A stretch of 64,000 nucleotides of DNA, from contig CAWJEN010000005.1 of the NCBI GenBank assembly GCA_963841915.1, positions 672,001 to 736,000 on the forward strand, read 5' to 3'. Positions 57,893-64,000 of the stretch are shown here, piece after piece. Position 1 is the first letter of the stretch. The number at the start of each line of letters is the position of its first letter. The position numbers were made by a program, and so were the translations under genes. This DNA is from an uncultured Planctomycetota bacterium. GTDB lineage: Bacteria; Planctomycetota; Phycisphaerae; Tepidisphaerales; Tepidisphaeraceae. The notes below the pieces were generated by a model. It did not search any database and was not told where the DNA came from. It was given only the letters and a program-made list of their open reading frames with translations.

Positions 57893-59458
57893 ATGCACAA
57901 CTCCATCGCCGCCGTTGCTGTTGCCGTTGCCGCTTGCAGTGTTCCTGCCTCTGCCCAGCTGGGCAGTGAGGTGGTCGCCGGTGGATTTGCCCAGCCGCTG
58001 TTCATCGCCTCGACCCCGACCGACGCGTCGGTGCTGTACGTCGTCGAAAAGGGCGGCCGCATCAAGACCGTCGATGCCGCCACCGGCCAATCGCTCGGCA
58101 CGTTCCTCGACATCAGCGGCTCGGTCAGCACCAACAGCGAACGCGGCCTACTGGGTCTTGCCTTCGCGCCCGACTACGACACGAGCGGCGACTTCTACGT
58201 CAGCTACACCAACAACGGCGGCACGAGTGTCGTCGCCCGCCACCAGCGATCTGCTGCCAACCCGCTCGTCGCCAACACAACGAGCCAGGTCGTTCTGCAG
58301 GTCGCGCAACCGCAGGCCAATCACAACGGTGGTTGGATCGGCTTCTCGCCCACCGACGGTCAGAACCTCTACGTCTCCATCGGTGACGGCGGCGGTGGTG
58401 ACGACAACGAGCCGGGCCACACATCCGGCATCGGGAACGGCCAGGACGCCAGCAACCGACTCGGCGCCCTGCTCCGCGTCGACGTCAGCGGCACCGATTT
58501 CAACCGCACCTTCAGCGTGCCCAGCGATAACCCCTTCGTCGGTGACGCCAGCCGCGATCCGACCATCGCCGCCTACGGCCTGCGGAACGGATTCCGCGCC
58601 AGCTTCGACCGCGACACCGGCGACTTCTACATCGGCGACGTCGGGCAGAACCGCCGCGAAGAGGTCAACCTCATGCCCGCCGGTCAGCTCGGTTACAACT
58701 TCGGCTGGCGTAACCGCGAAGGCTACATCGCCACGCCTACAGGCGGCGTCGGTGGACCAAAACCCGCCGACAACGCCGACCCCATCTTCGACTACGCCCA
58801 CTCCGAAGAGTCGGCCGGCCTCGGCACGCCCGGCACCGGTGACCGCCCCATCCTCGGCCGAAGCGTCACCGGCGGATACGTCTACCGCGGTGATGACCTG
58901 GGTCCCAACTTCCAGGGCAAGTACATCTTCGGTGACTTCGTCAGCGGACGCATCCTCGCCCTCGACCTCACCGGCACGGGCGGCCTCAACCAAATCGGCG
59001 ACTTCGACAACCTCGAAGATCTCGACCTCGATTTCCAGGACATCACCGACCTCGTCTACCCCGACTTCCCGCCGCAAGGCCTGCTGGCCAGCTTCGGTGA
59101 AGACGCCGACGGCGAGCTGTACGCAGCCACCTTCGACGGCAACATCCGACGGCTGACCTTCAACAAGCTGCCGGGCGATGCCAACTTCGACCTGACGGTG
59201 AGCATCCTCGACTTCGCGATCCTGCGGGCCAACTTCGGCCGCAGCGACGGCGTCCGCTTTCAGGACGGCGACTTCAACGACGACGGCACGATCAGCATCC
59301 TCGACTTCGCCATCTTGCGGGCCAACTTTGGTGCCGTCAGCGCGATCGAGGCGGCGACGATGGACGCGTGGTACGCCAGCGTGGTGCCGGAGCCGACCGT
59401 GGCACTGCCTGCCGTGGCCGGCCTGCTGTTGCTTCGCCGTCGTAGGCTTGCGGCATGA
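57893..59458 (+). CDS. Glucose/sorbosone dehydrogenase-family beta-propeller with dockerin-like repeat and PEP-CTERM anchor
   Basis: ERGLLGLAF, NHNGG, GDGG, YGLRN, GDVGQ, SVTGGYVYRG, SFGED; two GD.N.D..SILDFAILRANFG copies; VPEP..RRRR. Confidence 0.9.
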   Translation: MHNSIAAVAVAVAACSVPASAQLGSEVVAGGFAQPLFIASTPTDASVLYVVEKGGRIKTVDAATGQSLGTFLDISGSVSTNSERGLLGLAFAPDYDTSGDFYVSYTNNGGTSVVARHQRSAANPLVANTTSQVVLQVAQPQANHNGGWIGFSPTDGQNLYVSIGDGGGGDDNEPGHTSGIGNGQDASNRLGALLRVDVSGTDFNRTFSVPSDNPFVGDASRDPTIAAYGLRNGFRASFDRDTGDFYIGDVGQNRREEVNLMPAGQLGYNFGWRNREGYIATPTGGVGGPKPADNADPIFDYAHSEESAGLGTPGTGDRPILGRSVTGGYVYRGDDLGPNFQGKYIFGDFVSGRILALDLTGTGGLNQIGDFDNLEDLDLDFQDITDLVYPDFPPQGLLASFGEDADGELYAATFDGNIRRLTFNKLPGDANFDLTVSILDFAILRANFGRSDGVRFQDGDFNDDGTISILDFAILRANFGAVSAIEAATMDAWYASVVPEPTVALPAVAGLLLLRRRRLAA

Positions 59459-59850
59459 GCCGCCTTGTCGTCCTCGTGTTGCTCCCGCTGCTTTGCTTCG
59501 GGTGTGTCGCCGACTTTTCCAAGAGCGAGTCCGAGGGCCTGCAGCCTGGCGACCCGCTCGGCGACAGCGGCCCGGTCGTCGTCGAGGCGACCGCGACGCG
59601 GGGCCTGCCGGTCGACACGGTCGTGACGGTCCAGCTCCGCCGCGATCTGCTCGGCCTCACCGGTGCCGGCCCCGTCGGTATCAAGCCGTTCGGCCGCAAC
59701 CGTGACGACTTCGGCGTCGCAGGCAGTCTCGCCCGGCCGATCGGTGACTGGGTCGTCGTGCGGCTTGAAGACGAGACCGTCGTCTACATCCCACGCGACG
59801 CGGTGCTGGCCATTGTGGTCGAGACGAACAAGCCAGCGGCACCGCGGTAG
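59455..59850 (+). CDS. Hypothetical lipoprotein
   Basis: Lipobox-like LLCFGC; ATGA overlap with the upstream gene. Confidence 0.65.
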   Translation: MSRLVVLVLLPLLCFGCVADFSKSESEGLQPGDPLGDSGPVVVEATATRGLPVDTVVTVQLRRDLLGLTGAGPVGIKPFGRNRDDFGVAGSLARPIGDWVVVRLEDETVVYIPRDAVLAIVVETNKPAAPR

Positions 59851-59859
59851 GCTCTGAAC

Positions 59860-60697
59860 GTGATCCGCCAGCTCCGCAAGCTTGCCCTGAACTTCAGCCC
59901 GTCGGCCGTCGGCGTACTGGGCGTCGGCGGGTACGCCCGCCTCCTCGCCGCCGGTGCCGTGTCACTGCCGGCCGTGCTCGGCCGCGGCAACCTTGTGCCC
60001 GTCGACCGCCGCATGGGTCACCGACCGACGAGCGTCCGCTTCGCCGGGCACCGCTTCCTCATCGACGCCCCTGCTGTCGACTCGCTGATCCGCGACGAAG
60101 GCTCGACGTCGTTCAGCATGGTGCGCGAGTTGTTCCTGCGGAACTGCTACGTCCGCCACGGCATCGCCGATGCGCTGAGTCGATGCGAAGTACCTGCTCG
60201 ATCTGGGTGCGAACCGCGGCACGTTCTCGATGCTCAATGCCGCCGTCGCCAAAGCCAACGGCGGCCGGGCGATCGCGGTCGAACTGCAGGACGATCTTGC
60301 CGACGCAATACGTCTCAACGCCACCGCCAACGGCTTTGACGACCTCATCATCGAGACCGGTTATGTCGGCAGCCCGCCGCCGAACATGACCGACCAGCCG
60401 CCGATCACGATTGAGAGTTTGCTGGAGCGTCACGACCTGCCGCGGTTCGACTTGATCAAGATGGACATCGAAGGCAGTGAGTTTGCCCTCTTCGACGACA
60501 CAGGTTGGCTCGCCCGCGTGAATGCCCTCGCCATGGAACTGCACCCCGGCTGCGGCCAGGTGCGTCCGGTCGTCGACGCGCTGCTCGAGGCCGGTTTCGA
60601 AGTCAAGCTCGCCACCGACACCTTCGAACCCATTGCCCTCGACGCCGCCGTTCAACGGGCCGACTTCGCCTGGGCGTGGAAACCGCTAGCCGGCTGA
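59860..60697 (+). pseudogene. FkbM-family methyltransferase split by a frameshift near 60180-60190
   Basis: RELFLRNCY in frame 1; LLDLGANRG, AVE and LIKMDIEGSE in frame 2. Confidence 0.8.
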
Positions 60698-61579
60698 GTC
60701 CTTGACGACCTGGAACGTGATGACGAACTTGGAAACGAAGAAGTCTTCGACGCTTCGGCTGCGCTTGGCAAAGCAGCTCGGGAAGCGACTGATCACTTCA
60801 ATGCCGCGGTAGTCGGCCTCTTCGCTGTACTTGATCGGTGACAAGCGTGGGCGGACCTGCTCCCACAGGTCTCGATACTGCTCAAGGGACCAGTTGTTCA
60901 GGTGCCACAGATTCGGGTCGCTGACGATCGCCCGAATGTCATCCGGCTGCCACAGGTGCTGGCAGAACGGCACGCCGATCTCGAAGAAGGCGTGAAGTCC
61001 CAGCGGCGCATCATAAATGGGAGCGAAAGAGATGTAGATGCGACCGCCCGGCCGAACGACCCGCCAGGCCTCATCGAGCAAAGCCCGGGGCGTGTGGACG
61101 TGCTCCAGCGAGTTGAGCGAGTAGGCCGCGTCGAACGTGTTGTCGTCGAACGGCATCGTGCAGGCGTCCCCTTGAAAACCTCGCACGCCGGCTTGCGTCG
61201 CCCCGGCAAGCGGCGCGTCGAGCAGGTCGATCGTCGTCACCTCGCGCAAAGCGTCGAGCTCCTTGAGCCCCCAGCCGACCGCTGCGGGGCCGTCTCCAAT
61301 TCCGAGGATGGCGTTGCAGTGCCCCAACGCCGCCGCGACTTCACGAGCCCGCTCGATGTCCGGCTTCTGCTCGACGTCCTGCGTGAATACGGCCGGGTCA
61401 CCGAGCGGCGGGTACTCCGCCATCAGTGGTTTCATCATCTCAGGAGTGAGCCAGCGCGGCTCATCACCCGCTCGCTCCAAGGCGGTGGCCGCGTGCCGGA
61501 TCCGACGGGCATTGCTCCACCGCTTGACACTGCTACGCACCGCAGGCGGTAACGCCTTCTTAAATTGCTTCACCACCAT
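60686..61579 (-). CDS. Class I SAM-dependent methyltransferase
   Basis: ILGIGDG, GDACTMPFDDNTFD, LEHV, RVVRPGG. Confidence 0.85.
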   Translation of the reverse strand: MVVKQFKKALPPAVRSSVKRWSNARRIRHAATALERAGDEPRWLTPEMMKPLMAEYPPLGDPAVFTQDVEQKPDIERAREVAAALGHCNAILGIGDGPAAVGWGLKELDALREVTTIDLLDAPLAGATQAGVRGFQGDACTMPFDDNTFDAAYSLNSLEHVHTPRALLDEAWRVVRPGGRIYISFAPIYDAPLGLHAFFEIGVPFCQHLWQPDDIRAIVSDPNLWHLNNWSLEQYRDLWEQVRPRLSPIKYSEEADYRGIEVISRFPSCFAKRSRSVEDFFVSKFVITFQVVKDSAG

Positions 61580-61706
61580 ACGTGTCAGACTACATCATCA
61601 GTACTTCTTCGGAAAGCCGGAGCATGACAAATCTCCACCCGGCATGGTTGACACGCGTTAGCACTTCGTTCGCATTCGGCCAGTCAGGTCGCTACCTTGC
61701 CGCCGC

Positions 61707-63218
61707 GTGGCATTAGCTCGGGTCAAAACGTTTGTTCTCAAAGGCATCGAAGCCGTCGAGTGTGATGCCGAAGTCGACGCGACCGGCCGCGGGGAGCATG
61801 TGACGACGCTCGTCGGTCTCGCCCAGGCGGCGACGCGGGAAAGTGTCGAGCGGACGCGGCGGGCCATTCAGAACAGCGGCCACCCGACGCCGATCGGACG
61901 CGTACTCATCAACCTCGCACCGGCCGACCTGAAGAAGGAGGCGGCCGCCCTCGACCTGGCCATCAGCGTCGGCCTGCTCAAGTGCGTCGGCTCGATCGAC
62001 GGCGACAAGCACCGCCGTTACCTCATCGCAGGCGAACTCGCCCTCGACGGCCGCGTCAAATCGATCCGCGGCTGCCTGAGCATGGCCATGCTCGCCAGAC
62101 AACTCGGCATGACCGGCGTCATCGTCCCGGCCGACAACGCACGCGAAGCCGCCGTCGTCGACGACGTCGCGGTCATTCCCGTCGGCACGCTGAGCCAGGT
62201 CGTCGCGTTCCTGAACGACGACGACGAAGCCGTCGAGCCGTACGTGCTGGCCGACGGCGACGAGTATGCCGAGAGCGACGTGCCGGACGACAGCGACTTT
62301 GCCGACGTGCGAGGTCAGGAGGCGGTGAAGCGTGCGGTGATGGTCGCCGCGGCCGGGAGGCACAACCTCGCCATGATCGGGCCACCAGGCACGGGCAAGA
62401 CGATGCTCGCGCGTCGCATGGGCCAGATCCTGCCGCCTTTGAGTCGGCAGGAAGCGCTGGAGACGACGCAGATCTACAGCGCCCTCGGCAAGCTGCCGCC
62501 GAACGTGAGCCTGCTCGATCGCAGGCCGTTCCGCACGCCGCACCACTCGGCGACCGCCCAGGCCCTCGTCGGCGGTGGCAGCGTGCCGCGTCCGGGCGAG
62601 TGCTCCATGGCCCACCACGGCATCCTGTTTCTCGACGAACTTCCTGAGTTCGGCCGAAACGTTCTGGACATGCTGCGCGAACCGCTCGAAGGCGGCGAGA
62701 TCACCGTCAGCCGTGTCCACAGCACCGTCCGCTTTCCGGCAGACTTCATGCTGGTGGCGGCCATGAACCCGACGCACCGCGGCGACGACGGCCCAGAAGG
62801 TAAGGAAAACAAATACCTCGCCCGCCTCAGCGGCCCACTGCTCGACCGCATCGATCTGCACGTCGAGGTGCCCAAGGTCGGGTACGACGAATTGAGCCGT
62901 AAGGCCGACGGCACCAACTCGGCCGACATGCGCAAGACCGTCCTGCAGGCCCGGCGACGACAGCTCGCCCGGTTCGGCGACGCGTCGATGACCAACGCCC
63001 GCATGAAGGGCAAACAGCTCAACGAACACGCGTCGCTGGCCGGCGGTGCTTTGCTGATTCTCAAGCAGGCGATGGAAGAGCTGGGCTTGTCGGCCCGGGC
63101 ATACGACAAGGTCCGCCGCGTCGCCCGCACGATCGCCGACGTGGACGATGTCGATGAGATCAGCGAGATGCACGTCGCCGAGGCGGTCGGATATCGGTTG
63201 CTGGATCGCAAGCTTTGA
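61707..63218 (+). CDS. comM: YifB/ComM Mg-chelatase-like AAA+ ATPase
   Basis: INLAPADLKKE, GELALDG, GPPGTGKT, FRTPHH, LFLDELPEF, LSGPLLDRID, SARAY. Confidence 0.88.
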   Translation: MALARVKTFVLKGIEAVECDAEVDATGRGEHVTTLVGLAQAATRESVERTRRAIQNSGHPTPIGRVLINLAPADLKKEAAALDLAISVGLLKCVGSIDGDKHRRYLIAGELALDGRVKSIRGCLSMAMLARQLGMTGVIVPADNAREAAVVDDVAVIPVGTLSQVVAFLNDDDEAVEPYVLADGDEYAESDVPDDSDFADVRGQEAVKRAVMVAAAGRHNLAMIGPPGTGKTMLARRMGQILPPLSRQEALETTQIYSALGKLPPNVSLLDRRPFRTPHHSATAQALVGGGSVPRPGECSMAHHGILFLDELPEFGRNVLDMLREPLEGGEITVSRVHSTVRFPADFMLVAAMNPTHRGDDGPEGKENKYLARLSGPLLDRIDLHVEVPKVGYDELSRKADGTNSADMRKTVLQARRRQLARFGDASMTNARMKGKQLNEHASLAGGALLILKQAMEELGLSARAYDKVRRVARTIADVDDVDEISEMHVAEAVGYRLLDRKL

Positions 63219-63257
63219 GCGTGCATCAATCGAGGCTCTGGCGCGTAAGGTGACGAC

Positions 63258-64000
63258 ATGGTCCGACACCTTCTTTGCGGCTTGAGTTCCCTTGCCTTCT
63301 GTGCTGTCGCGGCGGCGTCGCCGGCGGTCGACAAGGCCCAACAGGCGGTCGAGGAAGGCCTTGCCTTTCTGGCCGACCAGCAGCAGGCCGACGGCACGTG
63401 GCAGCCTGTCGAGCAGGTGCCGCCTGCCGTGACGGCGCTCGTGCTTCGGGCGTTCGTCGACAGCGACAGCTACGGCCCCGACGACGACCTGGTCCGCCGC
63501 GGGTACGACGCCCTCATCGCCCAGCAGGTCGAAGGTGGCGGGATTTATGATGACTTGCTGGCGAACTACAACACAGCCATCAGCGTCAGCTCGCTCGCCG
63601 CCGCCCGGGCCGAGGCGGGTGACGACCGGTACAGCGACTCCATCAACAATGCCGTCGGCTACCTGCGCAAACTGCAGTGGACGCCCGAGACGCGTGCCGA
63701 CTTTGCCGGTGAAGATGCCTCGGCGACCGTCGGTGGCGAAGACGACGCCTTCTACGGCGGATGGGGCTACGGCGGCAGGTCTCGCGGTGACGGGCGGCCC
63801 GACCTCTCCAACGCGGCCATGGCCCTCGAAGCCCTGCACGAAGCAGGCGTCGACAAGGACGACCCGGCGTTCGAACGGGCGCGCCTGTTCGTCACCCGTC
63901 TGCAGAACCGCAGCGAAAGCAACGGCCAATCGTGGGCCGGCGACGACGGCGGGTTCGTCTACTCCCCCGACGCCGACCGCACGGGTGAAAGCTTTGCCGG
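63258..64000 (+). CDS. Prenyltransferase/squalene-cyclase repeat protein, 3'-truncated by window edge
   Basis: Absent from the ORF track because it has no stop; signal peptide then GLAFLADQQQADGTW, YLRKLQW, GGWGY, DLSN, LQN..DDGGFVY. Confidence 0.82.
   Translation, partial: MVRHLLCGLSSLAFCAVAAASPAVDKAQQAVEEGLAFLADQQQADGTWQPVEQVPPAVTALVLRAFVDSDSYGPDDDLVRRGYDALIAQQVEGGGIYDDLLANYNTAISVSSLAAARAEAGDDRYSDSINNAVGYLRKLQWTPETRADFAGEDASATVGGEDDAFYGGWGYGGRSRGDGRPDLSNAAMALEALHEAGVDKDDPAFERARLFVTRLQNRSESNGQSWAGDDGGFVYSPDADRTGESFA

Noticed and set aside
61713..63929. 738-aa minus-strand ORF
   Set aside because: Antisense shadow of the comM-like and prenyltransferase genes.
1..64000. tRNA/rRNA genes, transposases, integrases, prophage
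   Set aside because: No recognisable signatures by eye; a covariance-model scan could still find small RNAs I missed.

Overview
High-GC bacterial chromosomal window, most likely Planctomycetota (class Phycisphaerae). This inference rests on two PEP-CTERM proteins, a prepilin/H-X9-DG protein, an LEPRRLL-leader secreted protein, sulfatases and a QW-repeat prenyltransferase. It holds about 55 CDS. I saw no rRNA, tRNA, CRISPR array, transposase or integrase. 1-6.9 kb is a glycan-utilisation locus: GH2, PEP-CTERM CBM-like protein, GH5, prepilin-like protein and XylR-type regulator. Its two promoters share a 39-bp operator with identical geometry. 6.9-8.2 kb is a hairpin-rich decayed region with a replication-initiator-like ORF. 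The rest is mostly housekeeping and envelope genes: mqnC, thiE, orphan DNA MTase, mlaEF-lpxB, phoU, alr, mtnP, mreD-mrdA, rimO, folC, acpS and comM-like, plus transporters, sulfatases and signalling proteins. Other notable signals are pervasive leaderless-type promoters, CsrA-like hairpins, an ethylene-receptor-like CxxC sensor on a frameshifted hybrid kinase, a degenerate GT41-like protein upstream of STAS and PilB/GspE genes, a nuclease-less Mrr-type reader domain and an octamer-built inverted repeat. All family assignments come from motif recognition by eye, not database searches.
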